The translations under genes and the position numbers were made by a program. A stretch of 63,411 nt of DNA, filler included, from Octopus bimaculoides (lineage: Eukaryota): NCBI RefSeq assembly GCF_001194135.2. It is 4 parts of 4 records of this genome, joined end to end, with 100 filler letters (N's around TTAATTAATTAA, not from the genome) between each part and the next. Parts side by side here need not be neighbours in the genome. Positions count along the whole stretch, not along the records: positions 8,726 to 29,220 come from NC_069000.1; positions 29,321 to 58,573 come from NC_068996.1; 2 more parts are not named here. The stretch is one strand, 5' to 3'. Below the pieces are notes generated by a model. That model searched no databases and was not told where the DNA came from. It saw only the letters and a list, made by a program, of their open reading frames with translations. The number at the start of each line of letters is the position of its first letter. The stretch's first letter is position 1. Shown in pieces: positions 23,986 to 37,372 of the stretch.

Positions 23986-24536
23986 CAGTGTGATGGTGTG
24001 TATATATACTACGTGTCTACATATGTAAGGGTGTCTACAGACATACAGGTAAACGGACGGACAGATAGACAGATAGACGGACAGGGAACTGACACACTAA
24101 CGAAACAGGTACATAAAGGAGAGCAAGTGGGTATTTTAAGTGCAGGTCTATTTTTCTTAGGGTATCTGGAAAGCAGGTTAACAAGTTGACTGTACCAGTT
24201 TGACCGGAGAGCTCTCAAGATGGCGTGTATACACTTGCGATCTGTACGTCGTGTTACCGATTTTTAGTTATGGCGTCTACTTTGTTTTGCGCCAGCACAG
24301 TTTTGGACAATGTTTTTACATGTTATTGCAGGAATGAGGCGAACATTTAGGTTACACACACTTTCATGCGTATATAAATGCGTGTGGAAGAATGTGTCAT
24401 TCGGAATGCGTGCGTGAAACAGATGTTAATAATAGGTGTGGATGAAGCGATGAGGTGACAGCTTGTGAGAGTCTGTGTATGCGTGTGTGTTTGTATGCGT
24501 GTTTGTCGATATAGTTCTACACACGCACACACACAC

Positions 24537-24568
<32 letters not shown>

Positions 24569-25359
24569 AGATAGATAGATATATATACACACATACATAC
24601 ATATATATATATATATATATNNNNNNNNNNNNNNNNNNNNNNNNNNNNNNNNNNNNNNNNNNNNNNNNNNNNNNNNNNNNNNNNNNNNNNNNNNNNNNNN
24701 NNNNNNNNNNNNNNNNNNNNNNNNNNNNNNNNNNNNNNNNNNNNNNNNNNNNNNNNNNNNNNNNNNNNNNNNNNNNNNNNNNNNNNNNNNNNNNNNNNNN
24801 NNNNNNNNNNNNNNNNNNNNNNNNNNNNNNNNNNNNNNNNNNNNNNNNNNNNNNNNNNNNNNNNNNNNNNNNNNNNNNNNNNNNNNNNNNNNNNNNNNNN
24901 NNNNNNNNNAAGAAGAAGCATAGATAATTGGCTTTATATATTTCAATCAATCTATAGAGTGAACTGAGCCATGAACGCTCTCAAAATTTACATCAGAAAC
25001 AGCTGTAAGACTATAATATACAAATATATGTATAAAATCCATTTTGCTGCCTTATTGTGTGTGTGTGTGTGTGTGTGTGTGGAGCTGATAGGTGTGTATG
25101 TATGTATGCATGTATGTATGTATATACTTCATCACTATAGCGTATTTAAAGTGTGTGGTTGAAAAGACGGAAGCTGCGATTTTCATCACTTTATAGATGT
25201 ATTGTGTTAAAAAGCTTCTATATTCAGCAGGACGTGTGACGACGCAAAAGCTACCACGTCGAGGATAGATGGGGAGAGGTGGGGGTACATACGCGTTGCT
25301 GAATCTCATACAAAATATTACACCCAATGTTGCTGCCATTGTTGTTGCTGCTGCTGCTA

Positions 25360-25660
25360 CTGATGTTTAGCCCCAGGTCAGTCCAAATCGAGAAGACCTT
25401 TTACCAAAGACATTCCAGCTGTAACTATTCCGTCTTTATCCAGTGTGTCCTTCATTTTTACGAAACGATAGGGCGTGGTAATTGAGGGTGATTTGGTTGC
25501 TATTTCTAACGAGTGACCATACAGTGACTCCACCGTTAACTTATGTCAGCCGTCCAGCTTTTCTTTTCAACAGTCAAGATGGAACAGGATGTAATTTGAA
25601 GGCAATTTGGCTGCTATTTCTAACAGGCCGAGTGACAACACAGAGGCGTCCTCGTTGCCT
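25360..25660. mobile_element. Repeat family C copies
   Basis: TTTAGCCCCAGGTCAG...GAGGGTGATTTGGTTGCTATTTCTAAC, shared with other copies. Confidence 0.6.
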
Positions 25661-26184
25661 TGTTAATAATCTGTTAATAATCAAGGGCCATCTCAAAAAT
25701 GGAACACCCATTCCTAACGTCACCTTCCTTTGGGTTTCCGGTTATATAACTGACCATCTACTGTTTGGGGTCCTCGAAGCGTGTCACCACCACCACCTCC
25801 TTCACCACCACCATCATCACCACCTCCACCTCCACCACCACCACCACCACCACCACCACTACTACTACTACTACATGTTCATTCTCCACTTACAACTCTT
25901 AACATTGACAATGGCAGCATTATCAAACATATGGCCTGGTTTGTTGTATAAAACGATGTTCAAACTAACTTTACACACACACGTATATGTATGTGCGCGC
26001 GCGCGCGTATGTATGTATGTATGTATGTATGTATGTATAAACAATAGTGAGCACATACTCTTTCAAAACCTATCACACACCATCAACGTAGGTATGTTGT
26101 GAATAACCCGTTCCAACGACGGGAAGTTCTACAGCCGACACATGCAACCACTGGGCCACGGGCTTTTGAGGTTTAAAAATACAG

Positions 26185-26625
26185 GATATTTAGAAAAATA
26201 TGGGAAGAAGATGGCATCAAAATACATATTCCTAATCTAAGGCATTCAGATGATACTGTTTTACTTGCCAAGACCGAAGCCGGACTTCAAGAAATGATAA
26301 GTAAAGTCGAGGTATCAGATACGCCTGGTCTTTATGTCAGCCATAAGAAAAGAAATGTCATGTCAACAGGAAAAGAGAAAGGAAACGTTAACGTCAAATT
26401 TGGCAGTGAGAGGCTGGGAACAGGTTGAAGTGTACAAGTATCATCTTGAAGCCCAAATCTCTGATGAAACCACTTGTAAGAAAGAAATTCAGACACGGCT
26501 AATCATAGCAAGAACATTCATGGGAAAGCGTAACATCTGAACCAGTAAAAACGTTCCATTTAAGTTGAAAACAAGGCTAATGTGAACGATAAACAAAGTG
26601 CTTTCTGATTTCTGTGAAAGCTGTC
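26185..26625 (+). mobile_element. RTE-clade LINE reverse transcriptase fragment, degenerate
   Basis: Reads IPNLRHSDDTVLLAKTEAGLQEM...QVEVYKY...CKKEIQTRLIIAR...KLKTRL, the decayed NLRYADD region. Confidence 0.85.
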
Positions 26626-26825
26626 CGAGCTAGAATGGAGTCAATACAATCACATGAAACAATATTATTTTAACCTAATGCTGTTTCGAGTGCGTTTATA
26701 AAAGAAGACTTGAGTATCTTTAATACTCAGTGAGGGTGCATGCGCATTCCTTGGCAAGTAGATGTATACACTCGTTTCCATTTTAAAATAAAAGCTGGCG
26801 GTATGTTGTAATATATGCATCCCTT

Positions 26826-26915
26826 TAAGGCGGCGAGCTGGCAGAATGGTTAGCACGCCGGGCAAAATGCTCAGCGGTATTTCGTCTGTCTTTACGTTCT
26901 GAGTTCAAATTCCGG
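26826..26915 (+). mobile_element. SINE family B head
   Basis: GGCGGCGAGCTGGCAGAATGGTTAGCACGCCGGG...GAGTTCAAATTCC (A/B-box-like). Confidence 0.85.
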
Positions 26916-29220
26916 GGCTAAACAACAACAGCGACACCCAATCTTTGGGCCCCTGAGCAGAGTTCACTCTGTTTCAGTCACGGAGACTACGTTCCCTAAT
27001 AGCGATCCCATCAGATATTCAGGGTGAACATCAACCATATTCATACCACTCGTCTGATGGTGAGTGGGCGAAGGGCCATGGGGGAAACGATGGGCACCAG
27101 CCCTTCTCTGACTGTCTTATAAATAAATAATACCCTTGATACACCGTTGGGGGTCTCTGTTTCGTTATTTATAACCATCTCCCTCACCTCCTATCGTCAA
27201 TTATCGTCGACGTCCAAGGAAGGAAGGAAGGAAACTTTGGCATAACCTTGATTTCAACAATTAGAGTGAGGTTGTTCTAGAAACTTCTGAAAACCACATC
27301 GTACAAGCCAAATCCTGAACTCTCTCTATAAACATATTAAGACAGATGGTTAAGTTAAACCGAATACCCTACAAGGTTAAGTAAGGTGGGGGGAGGGGGT
27401 GTTACGGTACAAAGCATAGATTTCATTTAATTATTTTGCAGCAAGCAAGCAGAAAGAACAGCTGTCGAGTCAATGGAAACCAAACACTCAACGGTTCGTG
27501 GAATCTGTCATTCGTTCTGTATTTTGTTCCCAAACGCATATATACTTAACATATATTTAACACGCTCAGCGCATACACTTAGCATATACTTAACTCGACG
27601 GTAACCGAATATGCAGCACCACTTGGGTCTCTTCCTCACTCTGAATGAAGAGCAAGACTTCCAAGAGCCGCACTCTAAACTCCCTGCGGTGAATGAACTT
27701 TACTTTCATCTTGAGTGTCCCGGTAAAACGGAACGGCTGTGTCCAGATTCACATTGCAACAGTAGATTTGAATTTATGGCCCCTGACTGAAACTTTCTAA
27801 CGTATTTTCACAGTTTTGTTTTAAAGCTACGGAAGAGATCGGATCATAATAAGCGTCAACAAATGATTGACAATATTTGGTCGCTCCCACCCTAACCGTA
27901 TATTGCTGCCGCTTTTCGCAAAGATACTGACCACCCGAGACGACAAATCGGCTGAGCGGTTGGAGCATCGCATTGAGTACTCCGCGGTTTTGTAGCGACA
28001 GCTCTGCTATTTGAGTTCAAGTCCTGCTGAGGTCAACTTTGCTGTTCAACCTTTTGAAATTGATAAAAAAAAAAAGAAGTGCCTGTATATTCGTGTGTCT
28101 GAATGTGTGTGTGTGCGTGCAAACGCACACACACATGCACACACGTGTGTATGCTTATATGCGGGTATACACACGCATGTGTGTGCGTGAGTGCGTAATT
28201 CTGTATGTATGTGTGTGACGATGATGGGTTGGTAGCTGGTTAAGGCTTATCTTCTCCATGTACCCTTTAGACAACCGTGTGGGTGGTCCCGGGTAGACAC
28301 TAAACGATCTCTACTGGTGTTCTCCCCCCCCCCTTCACACCCTACCAATCATCCACCCTCACCTCTCCTCTCCCTACACACACCAATTCCCTTTCCCCTT
28401 GTTTATATACACCCACACCCGTCATCATTTCTTTCTCTCCCTGCTTAGGATCACTTCTGCCGCCTTCCCCCACTCATATCTTTCCCTCTCTTCTTCTTCT
28501 TCTTCTTCTTCTTCTCTCTCTCTCTCTCTCTTCCCTTTTTCCCTCCCTCCTCCCCCCCTCTCTCTCTCTCTGCCAACCTCCAGTCAATCCATCACAATAT
28601 CTCTCCGTCGTCTCCGACCCCAACTCTTTCTTACGATTATCCCCTTTCCACTCTCTTTCTCCCCTCACCACCATACTCAGCTACACACACACACACACAC
28701 ACTTGTGTGTGTGTGTGAGTGCGTGTGTGTGTATGTATGGATGTATGTATGCATGCATGCATGTATGTATGTATGTATGTATGTATGTGCGTGTATGTAT
28801 GTATGTGCGTGTATGTATGTATGTAAGAGACCCTTTCACTCAATTCCTAAACATTTTGTATCAAAGTGTCCCGGATCCATGACATCGTTTAATCAGAAGA
28901 AACATCCCCTGATTCATGGTTCCTTGTGTTGTTGTTTAACCGCAGGTCAACCAAGATCAATCAAACCGATGATCAAAGGCGTTCCAGTGTGACCATTTCA
29001 CCTTCCTGCTCTTTATGATCTTAGTTCAAATCTTGCCAAGATCACCTTTACTTTTCGTGCCCTAACCCTAACCCTAACCCTTGGGGTCGATAGAATAAAG
29101 AATCAGCGAAATACTAGGATCGATTTATTTGATTAACCCCCCCCTCCCCTAATTTGTTTGTTTATTTTATTTATTTATCTACTTATTTTTAGGAAAGGTG
29201 TGATTCGATTCAATCGCCCC

Positions 29221-29320
29221 NNNNNNNNNNNNNNNNNNNNNNNNNNNNNNNNNNNNNNNNNNNNTTAATTAATTAANNNNNNNNNNNNNNNNNNNNNNNN
29301 NNNNNNNNNNNNNNNNNNNN
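29221..29320. other. Artificial scaffold join spacer
   Basis: 44 N + TTAATTAATTAA + 44 N. Confidence 0.95.
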
Positions 29321-29372
<52 letters not shown>

Positions 29373-29391
29373 GTATACTCACACATATATA

Positions 29392-30210
29392 TACGAAATT
29401 TGATGAATAAGTATATGGACTATTGGCATAGTAACGAAGCTAAAGCACTCAGAGTAAAGCCGCTTGGTACAGATTGACCTTGAACTCTGCTGTGCATTGC
29501 ACTAAGTTTTAACGTTCTAGCTCACTTCCGCTGTTTACAGCAGTGCTTGGAAGTAAAGTGTGTAGCGTGTGATCGTTGCATTGACCATGACAGAGAAAGT
29601 TGTCATGGCGATACCTGTTCAAAGGCCTACGTTGATTTTCACAAAGTGTATGGAGAGGAGTGTATGAACCACACAGAAGTGTACGAGTGGTTCGGACGTT
29701 TTTAAGATGGCCGAAAAAATGTCGATAGTGACGAACATTTTGGAAAACCCTCAACCAGTAGAACTGAGAAAAACATCGCAGATGTGTGTGCAGCTTTGAG
29801 GGGAAATCGTCAGAGGATGTGAAGATTAGTTACGGTTTAGCTCAGTCCATTATCACTGAAGATTTGGGTATGAGATGCGTGTCTATCAAGTTTGTGCCAA
29901 AACTGCTTTCAGCTGACCAAAAAGACACTCGGGGTTTCAGCTGCACAAGATCTCCTTAATTGTGTCGAGAACGATGAAAACTTTTTGAAAACTTTGCGCA
30001 GGCCTCTGGACAGGTGTCAGCTTTTGACAAAATTTGATGCAGATTCTCCGCTCAACTTTCTCTGTAAACAGCGGAAGTGGGGTAGACGTTAAAACTTAGT
30101 GCGCATGCAAGGTAAAGTTCAAGGTCAAGCTGCGCCAAGCAGTTTCACTCTTCGCGTTTTAGCTTCGTTACTATAGCAACAGTCCGGATACTTATTGAGC
30201 GGACTACGGA
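29392..30210 (+). mobile_element. Non-autonomous mariner element with long TIRs
   Basis: Long terminal inverted repeats (AATAAGTAT..GGACT..TGGCATAGTAACGAAGCTAAA). The interior encodes a mariner HTH region: KVYGEECMNHTEVYEWFGRF*DGRKNVDSDEHFGKPSTSRT...IITEDLGMRCVSIKFVPKLLSADQK. Confidence 0.9.
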
Positions 30211-30715
30211 ACCCGGAACCCGGAACCATGTGGTGGGGAAGAATACTACTTACCACACAAACTTTTTGCCATAGCAGGAATACATTATCCGGTTTGTCCT
30301 CTGATTCGATGGAGATTTGGTTACGATATCAGGTAGACTGTTTCTTTGGTTCAAATATATTCTGGTGGTAATAGTTCGTAGTTCATGTTGATGCTTCTAT
30401 TGTTATTGTCATTGGCCTTGGTGTTGTTGTTGTTGCTGTTGTTGTTGTTGGTGGTGGTGATGGTTTTGTCATGGTCATTGTAGTAGCTGTTGACAGAAAT
30501 GGTGAAGAGTTTATAAGGCGTGGGATAAATTTCATTAATAAAAATAGTCTTTAGGAATAGTGCGTGTGTATGTGTGCATGTATAGTATATATAATACGTA
30601 AAATATTTATAATATATAATATATATATATATAATGCACACACACAAAAATAACGAAGGCGGTTGTACGCAATAAAGAACCGAAAAGAAAAAGAAAAGTT
30701 CAATTGTCACTAATA

Positions 30716-30754
<39 letters not shown>

Positions 30755-31502
30755 NNNNNNNNNNNNNNNNNNNNNNNNNNNNNNNNNNNNNNNNNNNNNN
30801 NNNNNNNNNNNNNNNNNNNNNNNNNNNNNNNNNNNNNNNNNNNNNNNNNNNNNNNNNNNNNNNNNNNNNNNNNNNNNNNNNNNNNNNNNNNNNNNNNNNN
30901 NNNNNNNNNNNNNNNNNNNNNNNNNNNNNNNNNNNNNNNNNNNNNNNNNNNNNNNNNNNNNNNNNNNNNNNNNNNNNNNNNNNNNNNNNNNNNNNNNNNN
31001 NNNNNNNNNNNNNNNNNNNNNNNNNNNNNNNNNNNNNNNNNNNNNNNNNNNNNNNNNNNNNNNNNNNNNNNNNNNNNNNNNNNNNNNNNNNNNNNNNNNN
31101 NNNNNNNNNNNNNNNNNNNNNNNNNNNNNNNNNNNNNNNNNNNNNNNNNNNNNNNNNNNNNNNNNNNNNNNNNNNNNNNNNNNNNNNNNNNNNNNNNNNN
31201 NNNNNNNNNNNNNNNNNNNNNNNNNNNNNNNNNNNNNNNNNNNNNNNNNNNNNNNNNNNNNNNNNNNNNNNNNNNNNNNNNNNNNNNNNNNNNNNNNNNN
31301 NNNNNNNNNNNNNNNNNNNNNNNNNNNNNNNNNNNNNNNNNNNNNNATTAAATTTTGTTTTCGTGTTATTTATCTTTTACATTTGTTATTCATGATAATT
31401 TATTTTTTCTCTTAATAATAATCGTTTCAAATTTGGAATCAAGGCCAGCTATTTTGAAGGGAAGTGGGTGCCGTTTACATCGACCCCCAATGCTCAACTG
31501 GT

Positions 31503-31725
31503 GGAGGCACGTGGCTTAGTGGTTAGGGTGTTGGACTCATGATCGTAAGAGTGTGGTTTCAATTCCTGGACCTGGCGATGTGTTGTGTTCTTGAGCAAAA
31601 CACTTCATTTCATGTTGCTCCAGTCCACTCAGCTGGCAAAAATGAGTAACGCTGCGATGGACTGGCGTCCCGTCCAGGTGGGAATTTATATGCTATGGAA
31701 ACTGGGAAACCGGATCTATAAGTAT
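31503..31725 (+). mobile_element. tRNA-derived SINE family D with a V/Meta-domain-like body
   Basis: tRNA-like head TGGCTTAGTGGTTAGGG...TTCAATTCC; body GCTGCGATGGACTGGCGTCCCGTCCAGG...GAAACCGG resembles V-SINE/MetaSINE conserved domains (from recall, not searched). Confidence 0.7.
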
Positions 31726-31854
31726 ATATGACTCAGTAAGGGTTTTTATCCCTATCCCAGACTGAAGGTGTGCAGGTGCGTGGCTTAATGTTTAGGGTGT
31801 TGAAACCGGAATACCCGCCCTTTATGACTCGGTATGACTCGAGGAGGTAACTTT

Positions 31855-32215
31855 AGAATTTTTTCCAGTACTCAACTGGTACTTATTTTATCGATCCCGA
31901 AGGTATGAATGTCGAAATTGACCTCGGCGGGATGTGAATTCGAAACGTAAAGCCCTGGAAGAAATGTCGCTAAGTATTTTGTCTGATGAGCTAACGATTC
32001 AGCCAGCTCGCTATCTTAACAATAATTGTTTCTCGTATAGGCACAAGGATTAGTAGGGATGCAGTCAATTGCATCAACCCCAGTGTTTGATGCGTATCTA
32101 TTTTATTGACCCCCGAAGGAATGGAAGTTAAAGTTGATGTCAGCGGGATTAGAATTCAGAAAGTAAAAGGTTAGCAAGGCATTGTGTCCGATACTCTGAC
32201 GATTCAGCCACCTCA
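31855..32215 (-). mobile_element. Two SINE family B copies
   Basis: Contains ACTGGTACTTATTTTATCGATCCCGAAGG...AACGATTCAGCCAGCTCG. Confidence 0.75.
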
Positions 32216-32229
32216 CCACCTTCACAAGA

Positions 32230-32424
<195 letters not shown>

Positions 32425-33408
32425 TGGTAAAGAGCAAACAAGACCTGCTACAGTATGCTGCTAATGCAGAAGGATTTAACAAAAATGGACTTGAGAACGC
32501 TCATGAATTCCGATCAAGAACAGCCAACGAGAGAGAAGAAACCTTACTCCGCATGGAATTACATGGTCAGTTCCATCGTGAAAACAACGAATTAAAAGAC
32601 TAGGAGGCACCATGGTGGTGGCTTAACAAGGGTGACCTAAAAATGAATACTGAAAACCTAATCATCGCTGCCCAGGACCAGGCATTGAGTACTAACTCAG
32701 GGAAAACGAATATATACTACGCAAGTGCAACGGATCTTTGTGTGAGAAGAGATTCGAAAGCGTGACTCAGATTGTTAATGCCTGTGAAAGTCTTGCGATA
32801 AAAGAATACAAGCGTAGACACGACAAAGTAGCCCCAAACCTCCACTGGCTGCTATGCCGTAAGTATGTACATGAGGTTACGGGTGCTTGGTGACAACGTA
32901 CACCGGAAAAGGTAATGGACGAAAAGGGGAAGGTAAAATTCCTCTGGGACTTTGACTTCCAGACAGACAAGATATTAGAGCACCGAAGGCCGGATATATT
33001 AACCTTTAGGAGGGACTAACAAGAACGCCTAATAATCGACGTGGCAATGCCAGGAGATCAATATACAATCATGGAAGAAAGAGAAAAGGTTGATAAATAT
33101 GGAGACCTGAGAATTGAGATCGCTAAAATGTGGCAGCTACGAGTCAAACATAAAGGTTATCCTTATTGTCATCGGAGCATTGGGTTCAATACCACCCAAT
33201 CTGAAAAAAAAAAAAACATCAGTAAACTTTAGAAATACCTTACAACCTAAGTGTATTGCAAAAGTCGGCATTACTTGGAACTGCACGCATATTGCGTAAA
33301 ATTCTGTCTGTCTGACAGTATTTTGTGACTTGAAAAACAGTACAAAACCCCTGGTAGAGACAATGTCTTCAATCAACAACATCACGATGTTGGATACTAT
33401 GCAACGTC
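32425..33408 (+). mobile_element. R4/Dong-clade non-LTR retrotransposon, 5'-truncated (zinc knuckle plus REL endonuclease)
   Basis: Reads LHGQF...LIIAAQDQALST...EYKRRHDKVA..LHWLLC...FLWDFDFQTDKILEHRRPDI...IIDVAMPGD...EKVDKYGDL...VIGALGS...LQKSALLGTARILRK, with frameshifts. Confidence 0.88.

Positions 33409-33495
<87 letters not shown>
33409..33495. repeat. (TAA)n microsatellite between two tail-to-tail LINEs
   Basis: Direct reading. Confidence 0.95.
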
Positions 33496-34375
33496 CCTTT
33501 CTTTATTAACCACAAGGCTGACAAAAATAAGATTGGATATTACAAAACATGAAGGACAAAGTGGGGAAACATAAAGTGTCGTGTAAAAAGTCAATAAGAA
33601 AATGCTTAAAAGAGGCAAGCAACACTGGACTACACCTGAAGACCCCACGAAAAATTCACAAGCACCACGACCATTAGGTCAACAGCCCTCTCCCCTTTTC
33701 TCCCTCTCTCTCAGCCTTGGAAACTCAAAACTGCATGTTCAAAATAGACCCGTTGACACGGACCATCTTCGCCGCATTCACCCACCTTTTAACAAAATTG
33801 TTGTAAGTCAGCACTTCTCTCTCAACCCTCACTTTTCTTTTCAGGTGGTATCTGAAAACATTGATGAGGGGTAGGCCAAAGAGAAAAGTATTTGTCTTCA
33901 GCCCTTTCAATCTAGACCACCACAACCTCTTTCGCTGCAGCCACGAGACAGATGAAAATTTCCTTCTCTTGCCGACCAAATGAAGGCGGCGGGAGAATCT
34001 TCATGATGGAATCATCCGACAAGTGGACATGTCCTACTTGTGATAGCAGGTGTTCGACGTAAACCTATATATCAGATATGCTCGGGCACTAGACGAATGC
34101 GTGCAGAATGGTTTCGTCACTCTGTGCACATCTCGAGCAGGCCCGACTGACGGCACTTTCGTGCCTGTAGAGTTTATCTCGAACAGGCAAAGCTCCTCTA
34201 CCCCCGTAGCACTGCCAGGCCAGGGATTTCTGGAAGTTATCCATAGGCCCCGGCCCGAAAGTCCTCCGGAACAGTCTGGCGAGTTGAAATTCATAGACGC
34301 CTAGAGTCTCCCCAAGAACGTCGGCGTTGCACATGCTAACAAGACTTTGGTCGCCCATCCATCTCTCTGCCTTTT
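33496..34375 (-). mobile_element. Tx1/L1-clade LINE 3' end
   Basis: Reads ALPVRDKLYRH....RACSRCAQSDETILHAFV (L1-type C-terminal zinc knuckle); AATAAA followed by (ATT)n at the 3' end. Confidence 0.8.
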
Positions 34376-34429
34376 AATGCGCAGAGAGGGCGGAGATGAT
34401 TGATTTTAAAACTTTTTTGGCAGAGTGGA

Positions 34430-36200
34430 GAAGTCAAAAAGAAAGGAAGAGCCGACACCTTTCTCCAAGGACATGTGGTGTTGCTTTCATCCACATGCTC
34501 CACATTTTAAATATTTGAATTTGAAGTTCCTTATATTTTGATTGTTTCTCCACTTCTTTACAGGCAATATTTTCGTTAAAAGGGATTGCGATGTCTACCA
34601 GTGTACATCTTTCTTTTTCCAATGTTTTATTATTATGTATGGACGGTTCGATTTGATATCCTTGTCACTTGATATTCTTGTCAGATTGTTGTGACCAGGT
34701 CACTGTCATGTACCGTACTCGGTACATGTTCGTACTATTTGTTTGTTTTCACATTGAAGTGACGACGTATTACCCAATAGATGTAGCTGCCAATACGATT
34801 ATGCTAGATTTGGCATTCTAACATTGACTTCAGTTTTTAAAATTATATAGTTCTTCAGTAGTATTCGTTCCTCCTCTTTGTAAAGAATAAAAAAGTTTTG
34901 AATGGTACAACAATGCACTATAATACAAAAAATGGACTATATACCTGTTGTAATTTAGTTATCTATAGTCCGATGATATTTCAGAATACAATTCCTTCTG
35001 CAGATATTCTTAGATGGAGTCTCTGCTGTTTCATTTCTGAGCTGTATCTTAGCTGTCTCGTATTTTCCTCTGTATTTGAATGTGCGATTAAGATTTAGTT
35101 CTATAATTTCAGTAACTGGTTCAGTGTTGGTCAATTTGCTTCTTCTTAATGTTTTGTCGCTTTTGTTTAATCTCCCACTTATCCTTATGCATTTGCTGAA
35201 ACTATGAACATTTTAAAAGTTTTTCTAATTCATTACTTTTTACTAAGGTTTTTAAGTCATCCACATACAGGAGATGGTTTATATTTTGTCCATAACACCT
35301 GTATCCCATGGGGGTCTCATTTAGTAAGTTTGTTAATGAGCTTAGAGCAAAATAGAAAAGTAGTGCTGATTAGCAAGTTGCCTTAGGAAATTTCTCTTCT
35401 TAGACTAGCTTTTATGGTAGTTTCCCCGTTTTTCTAATGATATAGCAATTCTCCATTTTGTCGTTGCATGGTTGATATATTCGAGCAATGTCGTTGCAAT
35501 CGTTGATATATTATTTATGTGGAATGACTCCAGCATCCACGAGTACGGAATGCTGTCAAAAGCCTTCTCGTAGTCAATCCACGCCATGTTAGGATTCATT
35601 TTCATCTTTTTGAAGCTTTCAACAATGACCTGGTTCCAATAGCTTTTCTTTCCAGCCGTCTACTTCCTTTCCAGCACCCGTTTTGTTCTTCTGGTAAAAC
35701 AAAGTTGCTTTATAAACGTGTGATTAACCAGTTGTACATAAGGGGGCTTTATGGTGTTGATAAGCATGTAATAGGTCTGCCATTTTGTAGGCGTGTGGTG
35801 ATTTTGTTTTTAGAGATTAGAGCAGTTTTTTGCCTCCAATCTATTTGCAAGGTTCAAGAAATGTTTGTAGTAATGAACATGTACATTTTTTTCATTGTGG
35901 AAAAACGCTTGACTCCACCGTAGCCCTGTCCAGTTAATGTTTTCTACTTTAGCGATTTCTTTCAAAGAAAAAAATTACCGGTTTATTCCGGTAAGTTCTT
36001 CACCGTTTGTAGACTCTTCATAGCACAATTCGATGTAATATTCATTGATTTTATTATCAGACGCATAGCGTAGATACTAGTATGTCTGTTTAGTGTATAA
36101 ACCATTTGTAGTTTCATCTATATAACTATATGAAACGATTGTATTGTTATTGCGTTGATTTCTTTTAATATCATTTTGTTTGTTTGTTGGTTCGCTTCTT
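34430..36200 (-). mobile_element. R4/Dong-clade LINE, degenerate RT plus REL
   Basis: Reads RPITCLST, PEEQNGC, AWIDYEKAFDSIP, NHLLYVDDLK and LVDIAIPFNENIACKEVEKQSKYKEL. Confidence 0.85.
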
Positions 36201-36299
36201 CATATATAAATAACCAAAGATTTAATAATGTCATTCTGAATAGTGTTCGCAAGTATTGACATCCTTGGTTTCATTATAAATGAAGAACACTGTACAGCA

Positions 36300-36660
36300 T
36301 CTAAACAAAGCAATATGGTATGATGGAAAAAAATTTTAAGACATTGAAAAAGCTTTTAACGTGTCAGAAAAAAAACAAAGGAAAAAAACAACTAAAGAAT
36401 GAAGACAGAAAATATGCAAATACCATTCCGCCTGGTAAATATGATTTTATAGTTATCTCGTCGAGGATTGCCATTAAGAGGTGAAGATAAAAGTCAACCA
36501 AGATGAAACTGAAGAAACTTTTTTCAATTGGTATATCTTTTTATCAGAAAGTAAAATAAGAAAACCTACAACAAACGCATTCTTTCAAAAAGTGATACTT
36601 ACCACATCTCAAAAACGACTGAGTTGAGTCGAACAGTGCAAGAACAATATCGAAAGAGAA
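36300..36660 (+). mobile_element. hAT (Tip100/DUF4371-like) transposase remnant
   Basis: LSRRGLPLRGED...NFFQLV resembles the LARQGLPLRG...GNF motif; many stops. Confidence 0.5.
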
Positions 36661-36714
36661 TTCTAAAAACAAAATAAACAGAGTACGAAAGGAATAAGAT
36701 CGAGTGGCTGAATA

Positions 36715-36928
36715 TTGGTTTCAAATATTGACAAAAGGCTAGTAGTTCTGGAGAAAGAGAATAATCGAATATTATGACTCCAGTGCATAACTGGTACTTA
36801 TTTTATCGAACCCGAACGGATAAAGCGCAAAGTCGACCTTGGCGGAATTTGAACTCAGAACGCAAAGGCGGACGAAATGCTGCAAAGCATCTTGCCAGGC
36901 GTGCTAATGATTCCACCAACTCGCCGCT
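36715..36928 (-). mobile_element. SINE family B
   Basis: Contains ACTGGTACTTATTTTATCG...GGAATTTGAACTCAGAACG...AACTCGCCGC. Confidence 0.85.
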
Positions 36929-36989
36929 GAATATACAAAACATCTTTACTTCACAGTTCGGAAATAATATCCATTGGACTCGGGTGTGA

Positions 36990-37372
36990 CTATATGATTA
37001 ACAAGCTCGCTTTGCAACCACATGGCTTCAGGTTCAGTTCCTCTCTGCAGTACCTTGGGCAAGTGGCCTGAGCCGACAAATGCTTCTGAATGAATTTAGT
37101 ACAAGGAAACTGTATGGAAGCCGTTTTTATATGCGTGTACTCGCGCATGTGCGTACGTGTGTCCATGTGTTTGTTCATCCATCACTTGACAAAAAGTGTT
37201 GCTTTGTTTACGTCCCAAACTTGGCAGTTCAGCAAAAGAACTGATAGAATAAGTACCATATTTTGGAAAAGAAAAGTATTGGGATCGATTTGTTCGACTA
37301 AGATCCTTCAAAGCGGTGCTCCAGTATGGCTGCAATCCAATGATCCAATGGCCAAAACGAGTAAAACATACA
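36990..37372 (+). mobile_element. SINE family A
   Basis: Family-A head, body and tail, diverged. Confidence 0.8.

Noticed and set aside
29060-29080. Telomere or interstitial telomeric site (CCCTAA)3.5
   Set aside because: Only 21 bp and embedded in a degenerate SINE; too short to interpret.
8726-29220. Deeply conserved miRNA or homeobox in the unique-looking segment
   Set aside because: A by-eye scan for common bilaterian mature miRNAs and homeodomain motifs found none. The scan was not exhaustive.
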